DNA of 64,000 bases from Auanema rhodensis (taxonomy: Eukaryota > Animalia > Nematoda), in assembly GCA_964057225.1 (NCBI GenBank), contig OZ059897.1, positions 19,468,001 through 19,532,000 on the forward strand. Reading direction: 5' to 3'. The translations under genes were made by a program, and so were the position numbers. Shown piece by piece: positions 39,401 to 54,759 of this stretch. The notes beneath the pieces are model-generated. The model did no database searches, was not told where the DNA came from, and saw only the letters and a list, made by a program, of their open reading frames with translations. Position 1 is the first letter of the stretch. Each line of letters opens with the position of its first letter.

Positions 39401-42400
39401 CAAAAATTTTTTCGAAAAATTTCAAAATAATTTAGCGAAAAGTAGATGTTTTTAGATTCGATTTTTCAAGGCAAAGACGATGGACAATGTTATTCAACGA
39501 AAAAATTAATTCTTCAGGGTGAAAATCGAGGATATAAGTGTGAACTTATATCAGTTGATATCTCGGTGCATTTGAAGCTAGCGCAAATCTGATAACACAG
39601 ATCGACGCAGCTTAAAAATCCGCATCGAATGCACTATACTACATTGAGAAAAGCTTAATACAAAAATTAGTTATGATCGTTTGAAAAATGATGCATTAGT
39701 GTATGTTGAGTTTCCATGTACACTCAACATTGCTTCCAAAAACATTTTGACAAAAATTTTTTCGAAAAATTTCAAAATAATTTAGCGAAAAGTAGATGTT
39801 TTTAGATTCGATTTTTCAAGGCAAAGACGATGGACAATGTTATTCAACGAAAAAATTAATTCTTCAGGGTGAAAATCGAGGATATAAGTGTGAACTTATA
39901 TCAGTTGATATCTCGGTGCATTTTCAAGCTAGCGCAAATCTGATAACACAGATCGACGCAGCTTAAAAATCCGCATCGAATGCACTATACTACATTGAGA
40001 AAAGCTTAATACAAAAATTAGTTATGATCGTTTGAAAAATGATGCATTAGTGTATGTTGAGTTTCCATGTACACTCAACATTGCTTCCAAAAACATTTTG
40101 ACAAAAATTTTTTCGAAAAATTTCAAAATAATTTAGCAAAAAGTAGATGTTTTTAGATTCCATTTTTCAAGGCAAAGACGATGGACAATGTTATTCAACG
40201 AAAAAATTAATTCTTCAGGGTGAAAATCGAGGATATAAGTGTGAACTTATATTAGTTGATATCTCGGTGCATTTTTAAGCTAGCGCAAATCTGATAACAC
40301 AGATCGACGCAGCTTAAAAATCCGCATCGAATGCACTTTACTACATTGAAAAACGCTTAATACAAAAATTAGTTATGATCGTTTGAAAAATGATGCATTA
40401 GTGTATGTTGAGTTTCCATGTACACTCAACATTGCTTCCAAAAACATTTTGACAAAAATTTTTTCGAAAAATTTCAAAATAATTTAGCGAAAAGTAGATG
40501 TTTTTAGATTCGATTTTTCAAGGCAAAGACGATGGACAATGTTATTCAACGAAAAAATTAATTCTTCAGGGTGAAAATCGAGGATATAAGTGTGAACTTA
40601 TATCAGTTGATATCTCGGTGCATTTTCAAGCTAGCGCAAATTTGATAACACAGATCGACGCAGCTTAAAAATCCGCATCGAATGCACTATACTACATTGA
40701 GAAAAGCTTAATACAAAAATTAGTTATGATCGTTTGAAAAATGATGCATTAGTGTATGTTGAGTTTCCATGTACACTCAACATTGCTTCCAAAAACATTT
40801 TGACAAAAATTTTTTCGAAAAATTTCAAAATAATTTAGCAAAAAGTAGATGTTTTTAGATTCCATTTTTCAAGGCAAAGACGATGGACAATGTTATTCAA
40901 CGAAAAAATTAATTCTTCAGGGTGAAAATCGAGGATATAAGTGTGAACTTATATCAGTTGATATCTCGGTGCATTTGAAGCTAGCGCAAATCTGATAACA
41001 CAGATCGACGCAGCTTAAAAATCCGCATCGAATGCACTATACTACATTGAGAAAAGCTTAATACAAAAATTAGTTATGATCGTTTGAAAAATGATGCATT
41101 AGTGTATGTTGAGTTTCCATGTACACTCAACATTGCTTCCAAAAACATTTTGACAAAAATTTTTTCGAAAAATTTCAAAATAATTTAGCGAAAAGTAGAT
41201 GTTTTTAGATTCGATTTTTCAAGGCAAAGACGATGGACAATGTTATTAAACGAAAAAATTAATTCTTCAGGGTGAAAATCGAGGATATAAGTGTGAACTT
41301 ATATCAGTTGATATCTCGGTGCATTTTCAAGCTAGCGCAAATCTGATAACACAGATCGACGCAGCTTAAAAATCCGCATCGAATGCACTATACTACATTG
41401 AGAAAAGCTTAATACAAAAATTAGTTATGATCGTTTGAAAAATGATGCATTAGTGTATGTTGAGTTTCCATGTACACTCAACATTGCTTCCAAAAACATT
41501 TTGACAAAAATTTTTTCGAAAAATTTCAAAATAATTTAGCAAAAAGTAGATGTTTTTAGATTCCATTTTTCAAGGCAAAGACGATGGACAATGTTATTCA
41601 ACGAAAAAATTAATTCTTCAGGGTGAAAATCGAGGATATAAGTGTGAACTTATATCAGTTGATATCTCGGTGCATTTTTAAGCTAGCGCAAATCTGATAA
41701 CACAGATCGACGCAGCTTAAAAATCCGCATCGAATGCACTATACTACATTGAAAAACGCTTAATACAAAAATTAGTTATGATCGTTTGAAAAATGATGCA
41801 TTAGTGTATGTTGAGTTTCCATGTACACTCAACATTGCTTCCAAAAACATTTTGACAAAAATTTTTTCGAAAAATTTCTAAATAATTTAGCAAAAAGTAG
41901 ATGTTTTTAGATTCGAATTTTCAAGGCAAAGACGATGGACAATGTTATTCAACGAAAAAATTAATTCTTCAGGGTGAAAATCGAGGATATAAGTGTGAAC
42001 TTATATCAGTTGATATCTCGGTGCATTTTTAAGCTAGCGCAAATCTGATAACACAGATCGACGCAGCTTAAAAATCCGCATCGAATGCACTATACTACAT
42101 TGAGAAACGCTTGATACAAAAATTAGTTATGATCGTTTGAAAAATGATGCATTAGTGTATGTTGAGTTTCCATGTACACTCAACATTGCTTCCAAAAACA
42201 TTTTGACAAAAATTTTTTCGAAAAATTTCAAAATAATTTAGCAAAAAGTAGATGTTTTTAGATTCCTTTTTTCAAGGCAAAGACGATGGACAATGTTATT
42301 CAACGAAAAAATTATTTCTTCAGGGTGAAAATCGAGGATATAAGTGTGAACTTATATCAGTTGATATCTCGGTGCATTTTTAAGCTAGCGCAAATCTGAT

Positions 42401-45400
42401 AACACAGATCGACGCAGCTTAAAAATCCGCATCGAATGCACTATATTACATTGGAAAACGCTTAATACAAGAATTAGTTATGATCGTTTGAAAAATGATG
42501 CATTAGTGTATGTTGAGTTTCCATGTACACTCAACATTGCTTCCAAAAACATTTTGACAAAAATTTTTTCGAAAAATTTCAAAATAATTTAGCAAAAAGT
42601 AGATGTTTTTAGATTCCTTTTTTCAAGGCAAAGACGATGGACAATGTTATTCAACGAGAAAATTAATTCTTCAGGGTGAAAATCGAGGATATAAGTGTGA
42701 ACTTATATCAGTTGATATCTCGGTGCATTTTTAAGCTAGCGCAAATCTGATAACACAGATCGACGCAGCTTAAAAATCCGCATCGAATGCACTATACTAC
42801 ATTGAGAAAAGCTTAATACAAAAATTAGTTATGATCGTTAGAAAAATGATGCATTAGTGTATGTTGAGTTTCCATGTACACTCAACATTGCTTCCAAAAA
42901 CATTTTGACAAAAATTTTTTCGAAAAATTTCAAAATAATTTACCAAAAAGTAGATGTTTTTAGATTCCATTTTTCAAGGCAAAGACGATAGACAATGTTA
43001 TTCAACGAAAAAGTTAATTCTTCAGGGTGAAAATCGAGGATATAAGTGTGAACTTATATCAGTTGATATCTCGGTGCATTTTTAAGCTAGCGCAAATCTG
43101 ATAACACAGATCGACGCAGCTTAAAAATCCGCATCGAATGCACTATATTACATTGAGAAACACTTGATACAAAAATTAGTTATGATCGTTTGAAAAATGA
43201 TGCATTAGTGTATGTTGAGTTTCCATGTACACTCAACATTGCTTCCAAAAACATTTTGACAAAAATTTTTTCGAAAAATTTCAAAATAATTTAGCAAAAA
43301 GTAGATGTTTTTAGATTCGATTTTTCAAGGCAAAGACGATGGACAATGTTATTCAACGAAAAAATTAATTCTTCAGGGTGAAAATCGAGGATATAAGTGT
43401 GAACTTATATCAGTTGATATCTCGGTGCATTTTTAAGCTAGCGCAAATCTGATAACACAGATCGACGCAGCTTAAAAATCCGCATCGAATGCACTATACT
43501 ACATTGAGAAAAGCTTAATACAAAAATTAGTTATGATCGTTTGAAAAATGATGCATTAGTGTATGTTGAGTTTCCATGTACACTCAACATTGCTTCCAAA
43601 AACATTTTGACAAAAATTTTTTCGAAAAATTTCAAAATAACTTAGCAAAAAGTAGATGTTTTTAGATTCGATTTTTCAAGGCAAAGACGATGGACAATGT
43701 TATTCAACGAAAAAATTATTTCTTCAGGGTGAAAATCGAGGATATAAGTGTGAACTTATATCAGTTGATATCTCGGTGCATTTTTAAGCTAGCGCAAATC
43801 TGATAACACAGATCGACGCAGCTTAAAAATCCGCATCGAATGCACTATATTACATTGAAAAACGCTTAATACAAGAATTAGTTATGATCGTTTGAAAAAT
43901 GATGCATTAGTGTATGTTGAGTTTCCATGTACACTCAACATTGCTTCCAAAAACATTTTGACAAAAATTTTTTCGAAAAATTTCAAAATAATTTAGCAAA
44001 AAGTAGATGTTTTTAGATTCCTTTTTTCAAGGCAAAGACGATGGACAATGTTATTCAACGAGAAAATTAATTCTTCAGGGTGAAAATCGAGGATATAAGT
44101 GTGAACTTATATCAGTTGATATCTCGGTGCATTTTTAAGCTAGCGCAAATCTGATAACACAGATCGACGCAGCTTAAAAATCCGCATCGAATGCACTATA
44201 CTACATTGAGAAAAGCTTAATACAAAAATTAGTTATGATCGTTAGAAAAATGATGCATTAGTGTATGTTGAGTTTCCATGTACACTCAACATTGCTTCCA
44301 AAAACATTTTGACAAAAATTTTTTCGAAAAATTTCAAAATAATTTACCAAAAAGTAGATGTTTTTAGATTCCATTTTTCAAGGCAAAGACGATAGACAAT
44401 GTTATTCAACGAAAAAGTTAATTCTTCAGGGTGAAAATCGAGGATATAAGTGTGAACTTATATCAGTTGATATCTCGGTGCATTTTTAAGCTAGCGCAAA
44501 TCTGATAACACAGATCGACGCAGCTTAAAAATCCGCATCGAATGCACTATATTACATTGAGAAACACTTGATACAAAAATTAGTTATGATCGTTTGAAAA
44601 ATGATGCATTAGTGTATGTTGAGTTTCCATGTACACTCAACATTGCTTCCAAAAACATTTTGACAAAAATTTTTTCGAAAAATTTCAAAATAATTTAGCA
44701 AAAAGTAGATGTTTTTAGATTCCTTTTTTCAAGGCAAAGACGATGGACAATGTTATTCAACGAAAAAATTATTTCTTCAGGGTGAAAATCGAGGATATAA
44801 GTGTGAACTTATATCAGTTGATATCTCGGTGCATTTTTAAGCTAGCGCAAATCTGATAACACAGATCGACGCAGCTTAAAAATCCGCATCGAATGCACTA
44901 TATTACATTGAAAAACGCTTAATACAAGAATTAGTTATGATCGTTTGAAAAATGATGCATTAGTGTATGTTGAGTTTCCATGTACACTCAACATTGCTTC
45001 CAAAAACATTTTGACAAAAATTTTTTCGAAAAATTTCAAAATAATTTAGCAAAAAGTAGATGTTTTTAGATTCCTTTTTTCAAGGCAAAGACGATGGACA
45101 ATGTTATTCAACGAGAAAATTAATTCTTCAGGGTGAAAATCGAGGATATAAGTGTGAACTTATATCAGTTGATATCTCGGTGCATTTTTAAGCTAGCGCA
45201 AATCTGATAACACAGATCGACGCAGCTTAAAAATCCGCATCGAATGCACTATACTACATTGAGAAAAGCTTAATACAAAAATTAGTTATGATCGTTAGAA
45301 AAATGATGCATTAGTGTATGTTGAGTTTCCATGTACACTCAACATTGCTTCCAAAAACATTTTGACAAAAATTTTTTCGAAAAATTTCAAAATAATTTAC

Positions 45401-48400
45401 CAAAAAGTAGATGTTTTTAGATTCCATTTTTCAAAGCAAAGACGATAGACAATGTTATTCAACGAAAAAGTTAATTCTTCAGGGTGAAAATCGAGGATAT
45501 AAGTGTGAACTTATATCAGTTGATATCTCGGTGCATTTTTAAGCCAGCGCAAATCTGATAACACAGATCGACGCAGCTTAAAAATCCGCATCGAATGCAC
45601 TATACTACATTGAGAAAAGCTTAATACAAAAATTAGTTATGATCGTTAGAAAAATGATGCATTAGTGTATGTTGAGTTTCCATGTACACTCAACATTGCT
45701 TCCAAAAACATTTTGACAAAAATTTTTTCGAAAAATTTCAAAATAATTTACCAAAAAGTAGATGTTTTTAGATTCCATTTTTCAAGGCAAAGACGATAGA
45801 CAATGTTATTCAACGAAAAAGTTAATTCTTCAGGGTGAAAATCGAGGATATAAGTGTGAACTTATATCAGTTGATATCTCGGTGCATTTTTAAGCTAGCG
45901 CAAATCTGATAACACAGATCGACGCAGCTTAAAAATCCGCATCGAATGCACTATACTACATTGAGAAAAGCTTAATACAAAAATTAGTTATGATCGTTTG
46001 AAAAATGATGCATTAGTGTATGTTGAGTTTCCATGTACACTCAACATTGCTTCCAAAAACATTTTGACAAAAATTTTTTCGAAAAATTTCAAAATAATTT
46101 AGCAAAAAGTAGATGTTTTTAGATTCCTTTTTTCAAGGCAAAGACGATGGACAATGTTATTCAACGAGAAAATTAATTCTTCAGGGTGAAAATCGAGGAT
46201 ATAAGTGTGAACTTATATCAGTTGATATCTCGGTGCATTTTTAAGCTAGCGCAAATCTGATAACACAGATCGACGCAGCTTAAAAATCCGCATCGAATGC
46301 ACTATACTACATTGAGAAAAGCTTAATACAAAAATTAGTTATGATCGTTAGAAAAATGATGCATTAGTGTATGTTGAGTTTCCATGTACACTCAACATTG
46401 CTTCCAAAAACATTTTGACAAAAATTTTTTCGAAAAATTTCAAAATAATTTACCAAAAAGTAGATGTTTTTAGATTCCATTTTTCAAAGCAAAGACGATA
46501 GACAATGTTATTCAACGAAAAAGTTAATTCTTCAGGGTGAAAATCGAGGATATAAGTGTGAACTTATATCAGTTGATATCTCGGTGCATTTTTATGCCAG
46601 CGCAAATCTGATAACACAGATCGACGCAGCTTAAAAATCCGCATCGAATGCACTATACTACATTGAGAAAAGCTTAATACAAAAATTAGTTATGATCGTT
46701 AGAAAAATGATGCATTAGTGTATGTTGAGTTTCCATGTACACTCAACATTGCTTCCAAAAACATTTTGACAAAAATTTTTTCGAAAAATTTCAAAATAAT
46801 TTACCAAAAAGTAGATGTTTTTAGATTCCATTTTTCAAGGCAAAGACGATAGACAATGTTATTCAACGAAAAAGTTAATTCTTCAGGGTGAAAATCGAGG
46901 ATATAAGTGTGAACTTATATCAGTTGATATCTCGGTGCATTTTTAAGCTAGCGCAAATCTGATAACACAGATCGACGCAGCTTAAAAATCCGCATCGAAT
47001 GCACTATACTACATTGAGAAAAGCTTAATACAAAAATTAGTTATGATCGTTAGAAAAATGATGCATTAGTGTATGTTGAGTTTCCATGTACACTCAACAT
47101 TGCTTCCAAAAACATTTTGACAAAAATTTTTTCGAAAAATTTCAAAATAATTTACCAGAAAGTAGATGTTTTTAGATTCCATTTTTCAAGGCAAAGACGA
47201 TAGACAATGTTATTCAACGAAAAAGTTAATTGTTCAGGGTGAAAATCGAGGATATAAGTGTGAACTTATATCAGTTGATATCTCGGTGCATTTTTAAGCT
47301 AGCGCAAATCTGATAACACAGATCGACGCAGCTTAAAAATCCGCATCGAATGCACTATATTACATTGAGAAACACTTGATACAAAAATTAGTTATGATCG
47401 TTTGAAAAATGATGCATTAGTGTATGTTGAGTTTCCATGTACACTCAACATTGCTTCCAAAAACATTTTGACAAAAATTTTTTCGAAAAATTTCAAAATA
47501 ATTTAGCAAAAAGTAGATGTTTTTAGATTCCTTTTTTCAAGGCAAAGACGATGGACAATGTTATTCAACGAAAAAATTATTTCTTCAGGGTGAAAATCGA
47601 GGATATAAGTGTGAACTTATATCAGTTGATATCTCGGTGCATTTTTAAGCTAGCGCAAATCTGATAACACAGATCGACGCAGCTTAAAAATCCGCATCGA
47701 ATGCACTATATTACATTGAAAAACGCTTAATACAAGAATTAGTTATGATCGTTTGAAAAATGATGCATTAGTGTATGTTGAGTTTCCATGTACACTCAAC
47801 ATTGCTTCCAAAAACATTTTGACAAAAATTTTTTCGAAAAATTTCAAAATAATTTAGCAAAAAGTAGATGTTTTTAGATTCCTTTTTTCAAGGCAAAGAC
47901 GATGGACAATGTTATTCAACGAGAAAATTAATTCTTCAGGGTGAAAATCGAGGATATAAGTGTGAACTTATATCAGTTGATATCTCGGTGCATTTTTAAG
48001 CTAGCGCAAATCTGATAACACAGATCGACGCAGCTTAAAAATCCGCATCGAATGCACTATACTACATTGAGAAAAGCTTAATACAAAAATTAGTTATGAT
48101 CGTTAGAAAAATGATGCATTAGTGTATGTTGAGTTTCCATGTACACTCAACATTGCTTCCAAAAACATTTTGACAAAAATTTTTTCGAAAAATTTCAAAA
48201 TAATTTAGCAAAAAGTAGATGTTTTTAGATTCCTTTTTTCAAGGCAAAGACGATGGACAATGTTATTCAACGAGAAAATTAATTCTTCAGGGTGAAAATC
48301 GAGGATATAAGTGTGAACTTATATCAGTTGATATCTCGGTGCATTTTTAAGCTAGCGCAAATCTGATAACACAGATCGACGCAGCTTAAAAATCCGCATC

Positions 48401-51400
48401 GAATGCACTATACTACATTGAGAAAAGCTTAATACAAAAATTAGTTATGATCGTTAGAAAAATGATGCATTAGTGTATGTTGAGTTTCCATGTACACTCA
48501 ACATTGCTTCCAAAAACATTTTGACAAAAATTTTTTCGAAAAATTTCAAAATAATTTAGCAAAAAGTAGATGTTTTTAGATTCTTTTTTTCAAGGCAAAG
48601 ACGATGGACAATGTTATTCAACGAGAAAATTAATTCTTCAGGGTGAAAATTGAGGATATAAGTGTGAACTTATATCAGTTGATATCTCGGTGCATTTTTA
48701 AGCTAGCGCAAATCTGATAACACAGATCGACGCAGCTTAAAAATCCGCATCGAATGCACTATACTACATTGAGAAAAGCTTAATACAAAAATTAGTTATG
48801 ATCGTTAGAAAAATGATGCATTAGTGTATGTTGAGTTTCCATGTACACTCAACATTGCTTCCAAAAACATTTTGACAAAAATTTTTTCGAAAAATTTCAA
48901 AATAATTTAGCAAAAAGTAGATGTTTTTAGATTCCTTTTTTCAAGGCAAAGACGATGGACAATGTTATTCAACGAGAAAATTAATTCTTCAGGGTGAAAA
49001 TCGAGGATATAAGTGTGAACTTATATCAGTTGATATCTCGGTGCATTTTTAAGCTAGCGCAAATCTGATAACACAGATCGACGCAGCTTAAAAATCCGCA
49101 TCGAATGCACTATACTACATTGAGAAAAGCTTAATACAAAAATTAGTTATGATCGTTAGAAAAATGATGCATTAGTGTATGTTGAGTTTCCATGTACACT
49201 CAACATTGCTTCCAAAAACATTTTGACAAAAATTTTTTCGAAAAATTTCAAAATAATTTAGCGAAAAGTAGATGTTTTTAGATTCCTTTTTTCAAGGCAA
49301 AGACGATAGACAATGTTATTCAACGAAAAAGTTAATTCTTCAGGGTGAACATCGAGGATATAAGTGTGAACTTATATCAGTTGATATCTCGGTGCATTTT
49401 TAAGCTAGCGCAAATCTGATAACACAGATCGACGCAGCTTAAAAATCCGCATCGAATGCACTATACTACATTGAGAAAAGCTTAATACAAAAATTAGTTA
49501 TGATCGTTAGAAAAATGATGCATTAGTGTATGTTGAGTTTCCATGTACACTCAACATTGCTTCCAAAAACATTTTGACAAAAATTTTTTCGAAAAATTTC
49601 AAAATAATTTAGCAAAAAGTAGATGTTTTTAGATTCCTTTTTTCAAGGCAAAGACGATGGACAATGTTATTCAACGAGAAAATTAATTCTTCAGGGTGAA
49701 AATTGAGGATATAAGTGTGAACTTATATCAGTTGATATCTCGGTGCATTTTTAAGCTAGCGCAAATCTGATAACACAGATCGACGCAGCTTAAAAATCCG
49801 CATCGAATGCACTATATTACATTGAAAAACGCTTAATACAAGAATTAGTTATGATCGTTTGAAAAATGATGCATTAGTGTATGTTGAGTTTCCATGTACA
49901 CTCAACATTGCTTCCAAAAACATTTTGACAAAAATTTTTTCGAAAAATTTCAAAATAATTTAGCAAAAAGTAGATGTTTTTAGATTCCTTTTTTCAAGGC
50001 AAAGACGATGGACAATGTTATTCAACGAGAAAATTAATTCTTCAGGGTGAAAATCGAGGATATAAGTGTGAACTTATATCAGTTGATATCTCGGTGCATT
50101 TTTAAGCTAGCGCAAATCTGATAACACAGATCGACGCAGCTTAAAAATCCGCATCGAATGCACTATACTACATTGAGAAAAGCTTAATACAAAAATTAGT
50201 TATGATCGTTAGAAAAATGATGCATTAGTGTATGTTGAGTTTCCATGTACACTCAACATTGCTTCCAAAAACATTTTGACAAAAATTTTTTCGAAAAATT
50301 TCAAAATAATTTACCAAAAAGTAGATGTTTTTAGATTCCATTTTTCAAGGCAAAGACGATAGACAATGTTATTCAACGAAAAAGTTAATTCTTCAGGGTG
50401 AAAATCGAGGATATAAGTGTGAACTTATATCAGTTGATATCTCGGTGCATTTTTAAGCTAGCGCAAATCTGATAACACAGATCGACGCAGCTTAAAAATC
50501 CGCATCGAATGCACTATATTACATTGAGAAACACTTGATACAAAAATTAGTTATGATCGTTTGAAAAATGATGCATTAGTGTATGTTGAGTTTCCATGTA
50601 CACTCAACATTGCTTCCAAAAACATTTTGACAAAAATTTTTTCGAAAAATTTCAAAATAATTTAGCAAAAAGTAGATGTTTTTAGATTCCTTTTTTCAAG
50701 GCAAAGACGATGGACAATGTTATTCAACGAAAAAATTATTTCTTCAGGGTGAAAATCGAGGATATAAGTGTGAACTTATATCAGTTGATATCTCGGTGCA
50801 TTTTTAAGCTAGCGCAAATCTGATAACACAGATCGACGCAGCTTAAAAATCCGCATCGAATGCACTATATTACATTGAAAAACGCTTAATACAAGAATTA
50901 GTTATGATCGTTTGAAAAATGATGCATTAGTGTATGTTGAGTTTCCATGTACACTCAACATTGCTTCCAAAAACATTTTGACCAAAATTTTTTCGAAAAA
51001 TTTCAAAATAATTTAGCAAAAAGTAGATGTTTTTAGATTCCTTTTTTCAAGGCAAAGACGATGGACAATGTTATTCAACGAGAAAATTAATTCTTCAGGG
51101 TGAAAATCGAGGATATAAGTGTGAACTTATATCAGTTGATATCTCGGTGCATTTTTAAGCTAGCGCAAATCTGATAACACAGATCGACGCAGCTTAAAAA
51201 TCCGCATCGAATGCACTATACTACATTGAGAAAAGCTTAATACAAAAATTAGTTATGATCGTTAGAAAAATGATGCATTAGTGTATGTTGAGTTTCCATG
51301 TACACTCAACATTGCTTCCAAAAACATTTTGACAAAAATTTTTTCGAAAAATTTCAAAATAATTTAGCAAAAAGTAGATGTTTTTAGATTCCTTTTTTCA

Positions 51401-54400
51401 AGGCAAAGACGATGGACAATGTTATTCAACGAGAAAATTAATTCTTCAGGGTGAAAATCGAGGATATAAGTGTGAACTTATATCAGTTGATATCTCGGTG
51501 CATTTTTAAGCTAGCGCAAATCTGATAACACAGATCGACGCAGCTTAAAAATCCGCATCGAATGCACTATACTACATTGAGAAAAGCTTAATACAAAAAT
51601 TAGTTATGATCGTTAGAAAAATGATGCATTAGTGTATGTTGAGTTTCCATGTACACTCAACATTGCTTCCAAAAACATTTTGACAAAAATTTTTTCGAAA
51701 AATTTCAAAATAATTTAGCAAAAAGTAGATGTTTTTAGATTCCTTTTTTCAAGGCAAAGACGATGGACAATGTTATTCAACGAAAAAATTATTTCTTCAG
51801 GGTGAAAATCGAGGATATAAGTGTGAACTTATATCAGTTGATATCTCGGTGCATTTTTAAGCTAGCGCAAATCTGATAACACAGATCGACGCAGCTTAAA
51901 AATCCGCATCGAATGCACTATATTACATTGAAAAACGCTTAATACAAGAATTAGTTATGATCGTTTGAAAAATGATGCATTAGTGTATGTTGAGTTTCCA
52001 TGTACACTCAACATTGCTTCCAAAAACATTTTGACCAAAATTTTTTCGAAAAATTTCAAAATAATTTAGCAAAAAGTAGATGTTTTTAGATTCCTTTTTT
52101 CAAGGCAAAGACGATGGACAATGTTATTCAACGAGAAAATTAATTCTTCAGGGTGAAAATCGAGGATATAAGTGTGAACTTATATCAGTTGATATCTCGG
52201 TGCATTTTTAAGCTAGCGCAAATCTGATAACACAGATCGACGCAGCTTAAAAATCCGCATCGAATGCACTATACTACATTGAGAAAAGCTTAATACAAAA
52301 ATTAGTTATGATCGTTAGAAAAATGATGCATTAGTGTATGTTGAGTTTCCATGTACACTCAACATTGCTTCCAAAAACATTTTGACAAAAATTTTTTCGA
52401 AAAATTTCAAAATAATTTAGCAAAAAGTAGATGTTTTTAGATTCCTTTTTTCAAGGCAAAGACGATGGACAATGTTATTCAACGAGAAAATTAATTCTTC
52501 AGGGTGAAAATCGAGGATATAAGTGTGAACTTATATCAGTTGATATCTCGGTGCATTTTTAAGCTAGCGCAAATCTGATAACACAGATCGACGCAGCTTA
52601 AAAATCCGCATCGAATGCACTATACTACATTGAGAAAAGCTTAATACAAAAATTAGTTATGATCGTTAGAAAAATGATGCATTAGTGTATGTTGAGTTTC
52701 CATGTACACTCAACATTGCTTCCAAAAACATTTTGACAAAAATTTTTTCGAAAAATTTCAAAATAATTTACCAAAAAGTAGATGTTTTTAGATTCCATTT
52801 TTCAAGGCAAAGACGATAGACAATGTTATTCAACGAAAAAGTTAATTCTTCAGGGTGAAAATCGAGGATATAAGTGTGAACTTATATCAGTTGATATCTC
52901 GGTGCATTTTTAAGCTAGCGCAAATCTGATAACACAGATCGACGCAGCTTAAAAATCCGCATCGAATGCACTATATTACATTGAGAAACACTTGATACAA
53001 AAATTAGTTATGATCGTTTGAAAAATGATGCATTAGTGTATGTTGAGTTTCCATGTACACTCAACATTGCTTCCAAAAACATTTTGACAAAAATTTTTTC
53101 GAAAAATTTCAAAATAATTTAGCAAAAAGTAGATGTTTTTAGATTCCTTTTTTCAAGGCAAAGACGATGGACAATGTTATTCAACGAAAAAATTATTTCT
53201 TCAGGGTGAAAATCGAGGATATAAGTGTGAACTTATATCAGTTGATATCTCGGTGCATTTTTAAGCTAGCGCAAATCTGATAACACAGATCGACGCAGCT
53301 TAAAAATCCGCATCGAATGCACTATATTACATTGAAAAACGCTTAATACAAGAATTAGTTATGATCGTTTGAAAAATGATGCATTAGTGTATGTTGAGTT
53401 TCCATGTACACTCAACATTGCTTCCAAAAACATTTTGACCAAAATTTTTTCGAAAAATTTCAAAATAATTTAGCAAAAAGTAGATGTTTTTAGATTCCTT
53501 TTTTCAAGGCAAAGACGATGGACAATGTTATTCAACGAGAAAATTAATTCTTCAGGGTGAAAATCGAGGATATAAGTGTGAACTTATATCAGTTGATATC
53601 TCGGTGCATTTTTAAGCTAGCGCAAATCTGATAACACAGATCGACGCAGCTTAAAAATCCGCATCGAATGCACTATACTACATTGAGAAAAGCTTAATAC
53701 AAAAATTAGTTATGATCGTTAGAAAAATGATGCATTAGTGTATGTTGAGTTTCCATGTACACTCAACATTGCTTCCAAAAACATTTTGACAAAAATTTTT
53801 TCGAAAAATTTCAAAATAATTTACCAAAAAGTAGATGTTTTTAGATTCCATTTTTCAAGGCAAAGACGATAGACAATGTTATTCAACGAAAAAGTTAATT
53901 CTTCAGGGTGAAAATCGAGGATATAAGTGTGAACTTATATCAGTTGATATCTCGGTGCATTTTTAAGCTAGCGCAAATCTGATAACACAGATCGACGCAG
54001 CTTAAAAATCCGCATCGAATGCACTATATTACATTGAGAAACACTTGATACAAAAATTAGTTATGATCGTTTGAAAAATGATGCATTAGTGTATGTTGAG
54101 TTTCCATGTACACTCAACATTGCTTCCAAAAACATTTTGACAAAAATTTTTTCGAAAAATTTCAAAATAAATTTAGCAAAAAGTAGATGTTTTAAAATTC
54201 CATTTTTCAAGGCAAAGACGATGGACAATGTTATTCAACGAAAAAATTAATTCTTCAGGGTGAAAATCGAGGATATAAGTGTGAACTTATATCAGTTGAT
54301 ATCTCGGTGCTTTTTTAAGCTAGCGCAAATCTGATAACACAGATCGACGCAGCTTAAAAATCCGCATCGAATGCACTATACTACATTGAGAAAAACTTAA

Positions 54401-54759
54401 TACAAAAATTAGTTATGATCGTTTGAAAAATGATGCATTAGTGTATGTTGAGTTTCCATGTACACTCAACATTGCTTCCAAAAACATTTTGACAAAAATT
54501 TTTTCGAAAAATTTCAAAATAATTTAGCAAAAAGTAGATGTTTTTAGATTCCATTTTTCAAGGCAAAGACGATAGACAATGTTATTCAACGAAAAAGTTA
54601 ATTCTTCAGGGTGAAAATCGAGGATATAAGTGTGAACTTATATCAGTTGATATCTCGGTGCATTTTTAAGCTAGCGCAAATCTGATAACACAGATCGACG
54701 CAGCTTAAAAATCCGCATCGAATGCACTATATTACATTGAGAAACACTTGATACAAAAA

